From Takakia lepidozioides (taxonomy: Eukaryota; Plantae; Bryophyta): a DNA stretch of 64,000 bases. A program made the translations under genes and the position numbers. Location: positions 23,374,001 through 23,438,000 of the forward strand of contig CM060732.1 in NCBI GenBank assembly GCA_030704615.1, written 5' to 3'. This document shows positions 23,477 through 38,019 of the stretch, piece by piece (positions within the stretch are counted from its first letter, which is position 1; the number at the start of each line of letters is the position of its first letter). The notes under the pieces were generated by a model that saw only the letters and a program-made list of their open reading frames with translations, had not been told where the DNA came from and made no database searches.

Positions 23477-25157
23477 TGGTCAAAGTACCTTACCCCCGTG
23501 TCAAGGCGCTGATTGGTGTGTTGTGCTCAGTCATGCTCCCTAGTCTTACCTTCCTCTTATGTTGTGCCAAAGCAAAGCAAGAGCGCCAATTGCCGTTTGA
23601 GGCTTGTTTCACTTACTTATTTAATAATAATAATAAAAAAACCTGGGAGCAACCACTCACAAATCAGGCCCTGAAATTATTGAACTTTTCTTTACGTTGT
23701 GAAAAAACACTCTCAAAAGATAGAGAAAAACCCGAAGTAAGCAGGCTTCCAATGAGGGTTAAAAAATAATCAAATCACTAAACAAACTCGTAATTGAGGA
23801 GTGAACAAGTTGTTTACTAGGTCTTGGAAGGGAAATAATTCCGAATCAATACACCAAATTATAGGTGACATATATCAAACAACTGAGCATTTTTTCAGTG
23901 CTTGTCAACTTTTGAAGTAGACAAAGAATCAGCAATCACTACAAGTCACAAGTATTTAATTTGCAACATTTGTTTGTTGGGCTTCACATGAAAGCAAGTC
24001 TGTTCGTCATGTGGAAGGCCCTTGTCCCGCATTGTCTACATGCATCGATTGTAGATTTGAATTGAGGCGAAGATGAAATAGACATGTCAAAATCAACCGC
24101 GGCACAATTAGTTAAGATTCCTTCACAAGCAGGTACTGCCTTTGCAATATCGTATTACCGTAACAGCCTCTGCTCCAGATCCTGCTCCTTTGCAATTCCC
24201 AGCACCATACTTTATAAGAATTTGCTGAGAAGATGGCCTCAAAACTAACCCCAAGAAGCCAGTGAACCAATCATTTACTTAACCAACCCTGCAAGTTGAA
24301 GCTGGTCTTGAAGTATGCCACCACTTATGTATTTAGCCAGATGCTCCAAGAATAGTAATTCTTTTGTCCTTGAAAGCTAGAGGCATTATAAATGACAAAT
24401 TACAAACGTGTTTCACATTGCTGATATCTTCCTGGACAAAGAACACTGGAGGTTGTGTTCAAGAGTTACCCTCCAATGAATACATGAATACAAACGCAAC
24501 CAATCCTGTATACCCATAATTGAGACACATGCATGGCTGAAAACAAGTTTGTCATCTTCACCCAAAAACTTATACGTCGGAAATTTGGATTCCTGCATGA
24601 TAACTTAGCAAACCCCACACTACCAAACCAACATCATGTAGTTGCTGGCTTAGTGTCAATATACACTCTTTTCCAATTTGCACTATCAAGAATTCTTCAG
24701 CAGAAAAACAAACTGATTTTAACCGGAACAAATTAAACTTTTTCTACTTGACCATTTTTTGGGGTTCAATAGTCTTGAAATGCTAGTCAGACATCATAAA
24801 CAAAACTGTGCCATATATGTTACTGTTTTGGATGAACAACATCTCAGCAAACACTCCCCTTCAAGGGAGATTTGGAGCTGTGTAGAGCATGGAGCCAGTG
24901 AGATGCTCAAAACTACCCTGCAACAACTCCTCAGTAACTGCATACTGAATACACAAACCAGCAAGCAACAAGACTTAGTTCATTTTGAAATTGCTAGCTT
25001 TCACTATCACTGTAAAGCATTCTGAGAGACATTTACTTCGACACTTCCTTATCATTGCCACAAATATCACTTTCACTACCAAGAAGAAAACTGATGAGAG
25101 GGCTTGGGACAGGGGTCAAAGGAAGACCTTACACACAAGAAGTTCAGTCACGTGCCA

Positions 25158-28100
25158 TCAACTCTGCGTGCACTGAAATGGGTGAACAGCACCCTCAGTT
25201 CCCTCCTGCACTCTAAAGCGCTGTAGAAGTTCCATGGGCCTGCTACCAGCGGCATCTGAATTAAAAGACTATGGTACCCCCTTAATAAAGAAGCAATCTC
25301 TAGCCCTGCAACCCTTCCCAAAACACAAAATTTCCTATCTTCATCATCTTCTCTCTCCCCTCCAAACAAATGGCGTGCAAAGATCTACAATCCCCCTCAC
25401 TATGTTCTCCCCGAAAGAAGCTTAACCTGTGGTTGGATGTCTAGTTTGAAATTGCTATCCATGCATCAAATGGACAAAAACCATATCAGAATAGTTAGCT
25501 TCTGGTTTCTACGGCCAAAATAAAGTTGGATAACTTCACTCTCCGTTCACAGTATCTATTCAAATACATGGGAACATGGCTACCATGGCAGTCAAAGTGA
25601 TATAAGCAGTGGTGGCAATGAGGTGCCTACAGTAAATCAAGCTGTGACTCCACTTGAATACTGCCTGTCATGGGAAGGTACAGCTAATGATTCCACTCAT
25701 GAGAAAATAAAATGATCAGGGTGCATTTTCTTTCAAAGTTACCCCTGCCCCTCCCATAGACCTTCATGAGCCCTCTCAAAGAAGTAGGCTCTCTGTAAAA
25801 TAATAATGTCTACCAAGACAGAGGAAAAGCTACATCTTCTAATTAGAACCTCATCATTTTCTCTGAGAAACATGGGAAACACACCTAGAGGACTCGTCTC
25901 AGAAAACAGGCTCTCCCCCTCTAAAACCCTATGGTATTTTGATTGAAACTGCTTTGCCTGGCTGTGCAGTAACTCTTGATTGGACTCAGTGAACTGCGTT
26001 TAGTATACTTATCATGATTTACTTCTTCCCAGTTCAGTGAAGTATCAATAAATGAACTCAATTTAACATAGCTATCACTTAGCATCATCAATCTCGCTGA
26101 TGATTGATCGCTTTGTACCTTCCAATACATCAAGATACTTTTCACAAATGGGCCATAGGTCTATGGTTGGCTCTATATCAAATATAGTGGGCTTAAGTCT
26201 TCCTGTCTAGGTGCTATAGGAAGCAAGCACACCATCTGTGCCTCATGTTTAGTATGTGGCTACATGCAGTCCATGTATGTCAGACCGTTGGGAGGTAGCC
26301 CATAAACCAAACGACAGTGAATTTAGATATGGCACATTAGTTTTGAGTCACTTGTGCCATGGACATCGACAAAATGTAGATTGATGGCTCTTCAGCTTGG
26401 ATCATACGATGCTACGCCCTTGGAAAAAGAAGACCTTTTTGGTCCTAAATAAAAGTAGAACTTAAATGGTGACTGTAACGTTCCATGATTGTTACCAAGC
26501 AAGGCGTGTGATTAACAGATGTAATCATGCCTCTATGCAGTTGATTAGCTCGTTGCATACTGATTTGATACTTTGTCGGATCTCATTAATATGAAGACAA
26601 CAATGACCATAACAATGTCCAGTGGTACCTACATGTCCGTCAACAACAACTGGCTATGAATGTAATCAGGTACTGACTTCTGCAAATCTCCACAATCCTA
26701 GCCTCTTGACAAAACACTATTGACTTCCCAATCCAACCTGGACAGTCAAACTTCTTATGAAACAAATATACTTACAAGCCAATTTCCTGGTGCCGTCGCA
26801 TCTGGCGCTGGTTGTCAGCCATAACCCTCAGAAATTCGGCAGTCTCAGAGCCTGCCCCACCTTCCACTGTTGATGCCCTCCCACCACATGGGGTCCAGAG
26901 CTGCCCACACAGATCAACCAACATCCCCATTTGCACAAATCCCCACTCCCCATGCACAAAGACACATTTATTCAGTATATTAATGATAACAACATTTTAT
27001 GTGGCCCTCTTACAGGCTACCCACTAGCAGCTATCCAATTCTTGATATGTCTGGTGCCATCCCACATGCGGAGAGGGCTATGTAGTGGCTGTTTCACATT
27101 GAAATCTAAGAGATCTCCCGTTGGCCATAACATATACGGAGGTAGAAATAGTAGATTCAGCTTGTCAACTTACTTTGATTGTATTATCAATGCCACTTGT
27201 GGCAATGGCACAGTCAAACGGATGGCACTGAACACAATTCACAACTGCACCACACCCCATCAACCCCATCATTATTTCAAGGGTTTTTGTTTTCTAAAGG
27301 AACACCTATGGAGGCAATGGCTAACCCAGGAGATAGGTTCTTGCACTTCCTACAGCTTCGGAAATAATTTCCACCTCCAAGTGTACTTGAACTGAACTTA
27401 TGATAAGCATGGAAGGGAAGGACATGGAAAGAGGAGAGAAAATGTTGCCTTGGTAGACCTGCTTTGTGCTCCAAAAAGTCCTCACCAAGGTACCAAACTT
27501 ATAATAACAAAGTGAGAGCCTATTAAACTCATCATATTTGAGAGCTATCCAACGATAAAAACAGATAGCCACAACCAAGGTAAAGAAGAGCTTTTAAAAA
27601 ATGACAACAAACACATCAGGGAAAAAACATCAAGGAAAGTCACATGGAAGAACAAACAATAGAAAGAGGAAATGAAATGGTACTTATAATGTCCGCGGAA
27701 AGCTCAAAGAGCTTATGGGACGAAATGGAAAAAACAAGAGAGAGGAAACACAACCAGAGCCAAAAAAGAAAGCTCAACTTCGAGAGTCAATCTAAAAGTA
27801 TGAAGATGAAGTCAATCAAGTATAACAATGATCAGCACTCAGCAGAACTTGCAACCTGTGTAAGACAGCTGTGTACAAACAAACAAGGTTTTCAACATCT
27901 TGGCCCACCATTCTCATCTCCATTGAGGATTTTAACCAGCCTCCCAGTTCTTTTGTGCCATATGAACCAATGCCCGTCATCACTCCCGCTAGCCACAAAT
28001 TCGCCTGTTACAGAAAACAACAGCTCAGGGTTAGCAGTGAAAACACACTAATAGCTTTTGCCCCAACTCAGCCCCTGCGCTAAGTTATAAGAGAGTATGA

Positions 28101-31100
28101 TGCCAAGAAAGCCCATAAAGAGACAGATGGACAGTTTCTCCAACACAAACAGCATCCCTCCACTGTAGCCAAAAGCCGTACCAATCTGCCATAGTAGACC
28201 ACAAGATATGGCTGTGGAAAGCTCAAAGAGTTATGGGACAAGAGGAAGCAAGCAAGAAACAAGAAAGAGAGATGGGCACAAGCAAGAGTTTCTCCACACA
28301 AAGCAAAAAGAGAAAGAGACCTCGTTCACCAAGAAAGCTCGCCTGTTTGATGTCAGTGCCAGTATTGCAGTGCCCCACATACCGTTGTTGCATGTCCACT
28401 GCAACTTCCACCTGTCAGAAGCTGATCTAGTTAGTATGACCAGCAAGACAGACCTGGCAGAAACCACTCTTAATCAGAAGAAAGTTCTACTCAGACCAGA
28501 ATTTGAAGGACCAACATGAGTTTCTCAAAACAGACTCAGTAGTTGCCCCATCCCACTATTTCAGGTACCGGGTTGCGATAGGTTGGTAGGCCACTTTTTC
28601 CCTTTGAGAGACGGCGATGGCCCATCAAATCTCCTCGAGAAAAAATCAGAAAGAAATCCCAGGTGAACCTTACCCAAATGTATAAGTAGATCACACAATG
28701 ATGAATTCACCTATTGCACAAGAGAACCCACCGGGAATCTAGCATTCTCATTTGAAGCCCCAGTGGTAGATGATGCTGCAGCAGAGTGACTTCTCAGACT
28801 GCGTTCACGCCTAGCAGACTCTCCTTGACGCTGCACTCTGTCCCTGTCCCTCTCTTCAACTTCCGCAACAGACATCTCAATCTCCATTTCCAATTGCACA
28901 CCATCATCAAAATAGTCGGGTTCCTCTCCCTCTGTAGGTTGTGGATCTACTGAGATGTCACCGTGCATCGGCTCTGACCTAAAAAGCAGGTCACTGATTG
29001 ACCGTATTCGTGGTGGCCTCCGTTCTAAGTTGATCTCACCTTCACTTGCCCTGTTAGTCCTTGCTTCCTCTTCTGTGACCAGCAACATCATAGGTGTCAC
29101 TATCAAACAATGCAGCCCAGAACCTCAGATCTACTATTCACTAATGCACAATGTTTAACTCACTTTCATCACTTGTTCATCAGTTACATAATTGTCAATC
29201 TGTACATGCATACATGAACACAGCCGAGTCACTAGAAACTGCATATGAATATGCATCTGGAAAAGAATTTACTAATTAGGACAGCCAAGGACATTCAAAA
29301 CTTGGACCACTAAGAGTTCCAGTGTCTCCAAATAATCGCAGAGACTTATCTTCTTCCTAGACAAAAGGGATAGTAAACTTCCAGGCTTCAGAGGATTCTG
29401 GGGCAGCCTATATACCTGAGCCTGTATAAGTCTATTGTCTCTTACCAACCGAAGTCAAATGATCACTCAGCTCAAATGATAAATCTCGATGAAATACAAC
29501 CTGTCTTTATCTTGGTCCGAAGCTCCGTGACATGCTCCAATAACCTACTATCAGATGGCTCGAGATGGTGACCCTGGATCGCATACTCCAGTGCTTCCTT
29601 ATATCTCCCAAGCTGCACCAAAAGAGACTTACAATGTACCGTTAAGGAAAAGCTTCCAGTACCAACCAGCCAACATGAGATCAATGTCTCCCCTTAAACA
29701 TCATCCTAAGCTAAAGTGAAGAACCCTTGAGAATAGGTTTCTGATAAGGTCAACAATGGCATTGGCAACTTGTGGCCATGGTAAAAGCTGGCCTCCATTC
29801 CACAGTTAAACCACAAGCCATTGGAGAAACTTTAACCCAGCATGCAGGTCACATGTTCTCTAGAGGCATCTTCTCTTCAGATGGATGTGAAAAAACTCGT
29901 TATAGTGGTTCCATGTGCATGACACGGCAATGTGTGATAGATTACAGACCTGTGAGAGTGCTTCAGCCATGTTGTTGTGAGCACAAATAGACATTGGGTT
30001 TATAGCACGAGCCTCATTGCAGTCTCTTATCGCCATATGGACGTCATTTTTCCATCCCCGCTGCCATGAGATTGGGCTTTGTGTATCAGGTTACCACCAA
30101 AATTTCAGGCAGAATCAGGTGTAAAGGATAGCAAAATCAAGGCTTGACTGGCCACTCTTTCTGAAGTCCACTACCATGGATGGTCTATTGTGGCTGACTC
30201 ACTTTGGGTCTGCACCTATTACAATGATACCACGGGTTTGTACAAGGGTTTTATTCTGAAGTTTGATCTGGGTCTGGCAAGCCCTTTCTCTTTGGAAATG
30301 AAATGAGCTTATGGGACAAAATGGAAGAAAACATGAGAGAGGAAACAAAACCACAGCCAAAATGAAACTATTGCTTGCTAGGAAGAAAACATGAGAGAGG
30401 AACAAATCCAGAAACCACAATTAATGTTCTAGCGATTGTCTAAGGGAAGAAAGGAAGAAAGAGAAAGAAAGAGAAGAGAGAGCCCACACCTTGAGGAGGG
30501 CAGCAGCACGAACCGAAAGACAGTCATGCCGTAATCCTGCACCCACAACAGGCCCTCCAGCATCCACTACCTCACTACTTGCCTCGATTGCATACAGGTA
30601 GTCTTTTCTTTCCTCCAATGCTTTCTTAGCTTCCTCAAAAAGGTCCTTGCACTCCTGCAACTGCGCAACATGCCTTCGACACTTTTAAAGCAGTGGAACA
30701 TTCCATTATTAACTAAAGATGGTCAATTGCTGAACTTTGCAGGTTTTTACTCATTGTGTAACACACTTCCGTTGCGGCAAGTTGTACAGACTGCCTGACT
30801 GCGTAAGGGAACCCTACTTCTAGGAAAACATTTACGTCTAGCTCATAGACTCCATGAACACCTCAGAGTTATGAGGTAAAAGGGAACTTAAGGATTAACT
30901 GTTTCCATATGCCCTTCCAAAAATATCAGGGCTGGGGGGTGAGGTTGGCCACTGCTGCCAGGAATTCTTCCCAATGTCTACAGAAATTAACCTCTTTAGG
31001 ACATAGGAGAAAGATGAGTAGGAGTGATATGATCCCAACTGAGGGGCACAATGTAGCACATACCCAAGCAGAGTTGCGCCTGCGGCCACGACCCAAAGTG

Positions 31101-34100
31101 CCCACTGAGGGATGCGGTACATTGTCTCTCGTGCCATTGATAATTGGGGTGAGAAACATCCGCTTGGATACATCGCCATCCATGTATACAATAGCATCAT
31201 CCTCACCTACATTGACTGTTAACCATTAGGACTGCCAATTGTCACAAGGAGCAATAAAACATACCAATAATCCTGACTGTGATTATGGCTTGTGAGCCCT
31301 ACGATGGCCCATATTTCCGAAGAAAATTAAAGTTTCCCTTATGTAGATTGGGCAACTTAAGAGAATATTTGGAGTAAAATCAAAACCACCACAGTTTATT
31401 CCAGATCCAATCCCCGTTGTTCAATCCTGGATAGACAATGTGGCAGGTCTGTAGGTAGCTTAGGAAAACACATGCAACTTCTTCTGTAGTACCTGAGACA
31501 GTCTGATTATAACCTCTGCTTCTGAGTTTGCAAACCCACCACTATTGGCATTCATCAGGTAGATATGCTCGCCACTGTAGCTCAGCAGAACCTCCTGTCC
31601 GTTGGGACTGAATGTGACATGTGTCAGGTGTAGCCCTGACCGACTCTGCGACACGTAAGTACAAACAGTTTAAGACCAAACAAACGAGTGAAACAGTTTG
31701 ATCAGGACAAAAATAGGAAGTCCAAAGGGTAGGTGTGTACATAGTCAGAGAGATGTGCTGGACAGAAATAGCAGACACAAGGAGGGGTCTTTGCTGGCTG
31801 CCGTGATGATGTTGGAGGAGGTAGCATTCGCCGATCATAGAGTCGAGCAAAGGCATCACTGCAAATGTAAGAAGAAAGTGTAAGTCCTGTCCTAAGACAC
31901 AGACCTGGGAATGGCGGAAATGTGCTAGACTGCGGTTGGGTGCCACGGCATTGCAAATCATATATTTAGAGAGTACATACTTGGACATGGTACTCTTAAG
32001 TTCTGAGATGTGTAAGAGAAAAAAGTTAATCACCTGCCACCAATGAGGAGCAAATGGGGCCGAGTTGGACTGACAGCACAGGTCTTCAGAGCAAGGCAAT
32101 GCCTGGACGGATCTGAGAGCGATCTCTTTGCACCACTCCGAAGGTCCAACTGCTTAGGAAGAAAAGACTCACTACAATTAGGTGGTTTTCTGTTTCTAGA
32201 TGTGTGTAGACCAACTAGGGTTCCACATAGGTGTACTAGACTTGCTAGTTGCCTCCAAAGTTCTCTTATGTCAACATGGATTTGCTAGTATTCAGCCAAA
32301 GTTTGTCTCTATAACCCACTCACTCCGAGGACAACGGTGGCCTGGAGCTGCTACTCACTAGAATATTCTGGCATTCTTGGTCAGCAGCACCCTGGGCTGG
32401 ACATAGGATGCCCTCTCTCAAATCATGCTGCCGTAGAGTGCCATCTTCACTTGCGCTCCATATCATATGCGGATTTCCATCTTCAACCTGAAACAATGGC
32501 TTTGCGTAAATAAGTTGCTCTGATACAAAAAATTGTCAGCAAGCAACATGTAAAACAATGGAGGCCACAGGCCGACCAGGACGTGGTAGAGAAGCTCTTT
32601 ACCGCCAACTTCTTAACCCGTCTTGTATGACACCGAAAGAGAGCAGTTTGTTCAGAAAAGGATGCCCCTCTACTCCCCAGTGCAACTGACCGGCTCACTC
32701 GATGTACTCGAACCTGCCACAGAAACATAACATCTGCTTACAGACATGGCTATTATAGGTCAAGTTCTGAATGCCCTCCTTCACATTAATTCCCCAAACA
32801 AACTTCTATTTCACCTCGTCCAACAATCCCCATCCTTTCTTTTCCCCAGAATGGGGAAGACATCTCAAGGTTGATTTGGACTCTAGAAGTGTTTTCCCTG
32901 AAGGTCAGGAGGGCTTCCCGAAAAAAAAGGGCTGCGTCGACCATATCTTTACCCTACGCCAGACTATCCAGGGAAGGATAAAAGAAGGAAAACCCACCTT
33001 TGTCTTCTTCCTGGATGTAAAAAAGGCTTATGATTCGGTATGGCGCGTTGGGCTGTGGCTTCAACTGTGGTCTTCTGGGGTCAGGGGAAAGATGTGGAGG
33101 ATGGAGCACAACCTGTATGCGAACAGCAAAGTTTTGTTATGGTTAATGGCCAGAAGTCTAACTTCTTTGACATTGACCAAGCTTTAGCTCAACGTTGTAC
33201 CCTCTCCCCAGTGCTCTTCAAGGTTTTCATCAATCAGCACCTTGAAGATGTGGAAAGTGGATGACTTTGGTTAAGGGTCAGTGATGCCCCCATACCAACT
33301 CATGCGGATTACTTCGTGTGCCTAGGGGATACCCCATCCAATCTTCAGGAGTTGATGTGAAGAGGTACTTTGACCTATGGTGGCTAGAAGCCAATGTACG
33401 TAATGCGCGCTGGTGGTTGCGTTTTTCTCCAGTTGTAACTGGGGTATCCATGTACAAAAAGTGGTTCAAACAGCTAAACACAAATCACTCACTTTTTCCA
33501 CTGCATACTGAGGTTAAAAGGACCATGCTTATTAGGCTGTGGGATGGCAACTCGAACCATGCTAAAACTATAGAATCCATTCAGTCGGTGCTCAAAGAGA
33601 GCATGTGGCTGTTCGGGGTGGGTATGATACTGCCCTTGACCTCTCCACATGATGAGGTCAAGGTCAGAAGTTGGGGTCAGGTGAATTGCATGCCCAATAC
33701 CAGATAGCCTAAGATGATTGACTCTATCTCTTGGAAGCAAGACTGTCCTGTTAAACAGGTCTAGTCCTGGCGGAAAAGGGTAGAGGAGAGGACATATTCG
33801 TACCTGATTATTAGGCGGGAAGAATTGACCATGCTAGATTGACTTGGAGGATGAAGTGTCTAAGGCCATATCGGAAGCACGAAGAATGTCCGAACAGAAT
33901 GAAGTTCCATGAACTTGTTTCCAGTTTGTGACATGGTTGAGGCCCTTAAGGATGATCTGAAGGGGCACTAGGGGACATCTTTGAGCAATAAGCAGGTATG
34001 GAGGGGAAGGAGAGATTGTCAATGCTCGATGTGCGAGCGGGCTGAAGATAGTATCCATCTTCTGATACAATGTCCGGGGTTTCTTCGTCAGAGGTTAACC

Positions 34101-37100
34101 CTCTTGAGGACCATCAATAACATAGTCCCTGCATCTCTGTTCACCAACTTTCAAAATCTTGAAGCTGAGCCTAAAGCCCTGGCGGGTCCCACAGTAGATT
34201 GATGCTTGTGTGAAGGGCTTTCTAGAGGAAATCTGGAAAGCTCAAACTAATTGTTTATATCAAGGAAGTCCCACTACTGAGTGAGCCCCTAAGAAAAGTA
34301 GTGTTTGTTCCCTCTTGTTCCGCCCAAACTGGCCGTGGGGTCTATGGCCAGAAGGTACATCCTCTTCCCCAGAAACAGTAGTACAAGGTAGGGGAGATCC
34401 CGCATTGAAACCCACATGCAATCTCACGAACAATTGTACATATCTTTTGTGGGGTTTGGAACATCTCTATGAATGCCATACCTCTGCATCCCCAGAACCA
34501 GAGACCACAACATCATCTCCAGTCTCTGGCATGAATTTGGTACAAAAAATGTTCGCTGAATGACCTGTATCAATGCTATGCAGCAGTTTTCTCCGTCCAT
34601 AGTCCCAGAGATTCACCTGGTATATTGCATAGGTGTCAGTTCCAAACCTTAGCACACTTCAAGAGCAAGACCTTGGACATCACTAAAGCTGGAAGAGAAG
34701 GGGGAGCTGTCAACAAATACTCTGCAATAACGGACTTTCACTTGGTATGTATTATCCTTCACATAAAACCATCATGATAAGTGGAGAGGAACCTTGTATG
34801 ATCCAGTTTTTATTAATGCATGTTACTTCAAAAGGAGCATACCTTTGTATCATCGGACCCAGATAAAAGCAAGGATCCCTTCGAATTCCATGCCAGCGCA
34901 TTCACACAGCCTTGGTGACCCTGCTCAAGCAAAAAAGGAAGTGAATTGATTCCAACCCTGTAGCTAATAAACCGTCTTTGGCCCCATTCTCAACATGTGC
35001 TGACAATTTACGGACACCCTGACAATACGATGAAAATTGCATCAAGTCCGACTCCAACATTTTGCTAGAAAGTTTAGATACTATTTTTTGTAATCAATTC
35101 ATGTATATACATGCAAACTGTGACTATTTGCTTGCACTAAAATAGATAGGCTCCTCGACAATTGTTAACAGGAAGGTACGCCCAAGGTGCTTGTGAACAA
35201 ACAGCAGGGATGTAAGCAGTGAAAGTTCTGAACACTTTCACCTATTTTATGCAATTTCAAGAGGGGGAAAGTACGAAAAAAGAACCAACTTCAAAAGACA
35301 CCAACCGTGGCCAGAAGATGAAGGGCCTTATGCAAGAGAATGACTCATAAGATGATATTTTCCGTAGCCTTGTGGCCACGGACCCCCCTTGTGCAAGAGA
35401 GAAAGGATCTATGTATTCCAGACTAGATCAAAAAATTGTAGACAACAGCAGCCTTCAAGGAAGGCACCATCACATTTCCTCTTGATCCAGGCTCAGCATT
35501 AACTCCATATTCATAGAGGTGATTGGGGTGGGTGGTGGTGTACCTGTATATGATCAATACAGGTTTCCAGCCCATCTTAGATTTGCCACAGAGGTAGGCA
35601 GAATGCTTCATGTTTTTTCATGAACTGCTATAGTGCTCCATGATAGAGGGTTGGAGTCCGTGTAATGCAGACTACTGTCAACCAGCATTGTATTTCCAAC
35701 AACACCTCTATCAGGTCATTGCAAACTTACCACGCATATCGTTTGCAAGGAACTTGACCATAGAGCTCAGAGCTTGGGCAGCCTAGGTTCTGGAAATGAG
35801 CTCATGAGAAGAGAATGTACCTCATAGTGATATATAGTGACTATGCACCATATTACTAACCTAGCAGATTGGAAAAACCTTAAAGTATAGGTTAGATCCC
35901 GGAAGAGGGGCAACCCGCTGGTATGGTTATTCTTTTGTGAAGTCCTCTCATAGGTAGTGTCACCATGACACTGGTTGCTCACTGCAAGTAAGCAGCCTTC
36001 TCATATTTGCAAAACAACTCCAGCTCTGTGATTTCAGACAAGAACTCAAATTTCATACAAGAAGTGTGGCCCTCACCTGCACCCTCCCAAAAAACACCAC
36101 AAGCATATGATGTGGGTTAGTGAGGATGTGCAAGGTGAATGGCAGGTGTGTGAGCTCCCCAGCAATGAGACCCCAACAGGGCCAGGGCTTTAGGCTCAGC
36201 CTCAAGATTCTCAAAGTTGGTGAACAGAAGTGCCGGCACATCGTTCTTGATGTTCCTGAAGAGGGCCAATCTCTGGTGAGATTACCCCGGACACTGAAAT
36301 GGATATTGCCTTCAGCTGCCTGCACCTTGGGCAATTACAATCTCCTCTTCCTCTCTGCATTTGTTTTTGTTCACAGGCAGGCTAGAGAGAGAGAGGGAGC
36401 CCCTGGGAAGTCTGCCCTCATGCAGATAGCATGCATCGAGGCCATACCCCACTCGGTATTGCCCTGTGTATACACTGTATGGGACTGCTGAAGATCTCTC
36501 ACAGCAGACCATGTCCCATTTCAGAAGATTGAGATTCACTGCAGCCAGTTGAAAACACAGATTGGGAACAAATGTACCAAAGCGAACATCGATGTAGAGT
36601 TTGTTTATAATATAAAATCTACTGCAATAAGTTCATAACAACAGTCATGCAGTACTTTGGATATGTAGTACCAGTCACACTCTGAACAGGGAGAGAGAAT
36701 ACCTCCATGACTGTCTCAAGGTTCAACCGCTGCACAAGAGATGAGTGCATCTGCAACGCACGCATTGCGAATGGTTCCATACCTGGGTATGGTACCTGGT
36801 CCCCAATCCATCCCCATCATCAGTTCTGGAGTATTAACTCTATAAGCTCACTTACCACTAATAGTGAGCATATCAGCTCATCTACTACAGAAAGTTGTGT
36901 GCCTGCAAGCTGACCATGTATCCACAACCTTACATCTCCTACCACCTACCTTGAAGACTCCACAGTTGGCCCAATCAGGCGTTCTCGCTGCAACTAGCCC
37001 GAGTAATGGTACAAGCTGAACTGCAATTTGATTATAAGCCAGGTCGACTATGCATATCTGGGCGGTAGAGAAAGGAGGGGCGCAATCACTGAGCTATCTT

Positions 37101-37166
37101 CAGTGTGACCCATTGAAGAGCTGATCATACCAAGAAGACAACGAGAAGAGAGAGGGAGCGAGACAC

Positions 37167-37199
<33 letters not shown>

Positions 37200-37416
37200 G
37201 AGGAGCTGAATGCATTAACACTTTGTTTGCACACCTTTCATAATATTGATTCGAGATTTGAGTTCCGAATTTTAGCGGTCATGTAGAAACGACATTGAGA
37301 AAAAGACATTGAGAGTAAATTAAATTAGTCGGACGTTTCAGTACCTTGCGCGAATCAAGTGATCGGCCGTCTCCAAGGCCCAGCACATTGCCATCAGGGC
37401 TCATGAAATGCTTCAT
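25158..37416 (-). CDS. ASG2: WD40- and TPR-repeat DDB1-CUL4-associated factor (ASG2/WDTC1 family), multi-exon
   Basis: Exons encode MKHFMSPDGN (ATG at 37416), MHSSLVQRL, GHQGCVNALAWNSKGSLLLSGSDD, IDTGHSANIFCTKF, CHTRRVKKLA, SASEDGTLRQHD, SDAFARLYDRRMLPP, a TPR region (29500-30660), YVGHCNTGTDIKQASF, ASGSDDG and the C-terminus HPFQCTQS* (stop 25158-25160). Confidence 0.92.
32850..34350 (+). mobile_element. 5'-truncated LINE (family 1, RTEX-like) in an ASG2 intron, antisense to the gene
   Basis: GCVDHIFTL...FFLDVKKAYDSVWR, LSPVLFKVFIN, C-terminal CSMC...HLLIQCP and a 3' tail with gttccgcccaaactgg...ggggtctatggcca. Confidence 0.85.
36165..36420 (-). mobile_element. Family 1 LINE fragment
   Basis: Reverse complement of ~33950-34200; also similar to 45225-45400. 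Confidence 0.75.
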
Positions 37417-38019
37417 GATGACAGAGATTCAAACCTGAGCACATAGAATCATTTCTCAGGATGAAGCAGAGGTTCAAGGATTCATCCACCTTCTCGGGTC
37501 AACCATTTCCACTCTCAGATTCTCTCCTGTTTTTGGCAGAGAGTCACGGTGGCCTCCACCCCCGAAAACAACTTAGGCGCATACCACTGGCAGAAATTCC
37601 ATCATCTTTACATACGCCTCTCTTCCTTCCGCGCTTCTCCCCCTTCCAATTAATCTCAGTGAAGAGATATCACACATTTCTGCGACCCGTCAACCTCAAA
37701 CAGAGTCCTTAAACCTTTCGGATCGCATCCATCAGTTGGCGGAAAAACAAGTTTCCCTCCCAATGCAGGCTCCACGCGAGCACTGACACAACAACAAGTG
37801 ATGCTCGAACGAGCTCTTGTTGAGAGCAGGGATTCTCCCGAGTCCTCCATTGCGAAGCTGCACCCGAATGCTCGACATGAAAAGGAAAGCCAGCAGCAAG
37901 CAAGCTGACCCCATGAGCGTGGACAGCGCCTACATCTCGCCCGTCGATCGGACGCATCCGACGGCTCCAAGTAACGTGAAGGAACCTCACGGTGTTGGGA
38001 TCGAATCGTGCTGGAGAAG

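Noticed and set aside
23090-23700. ~55-bp diverged direct repeat (23090 and 23647)
   Set aside because: Too short and degenerate to assign to an element or function.
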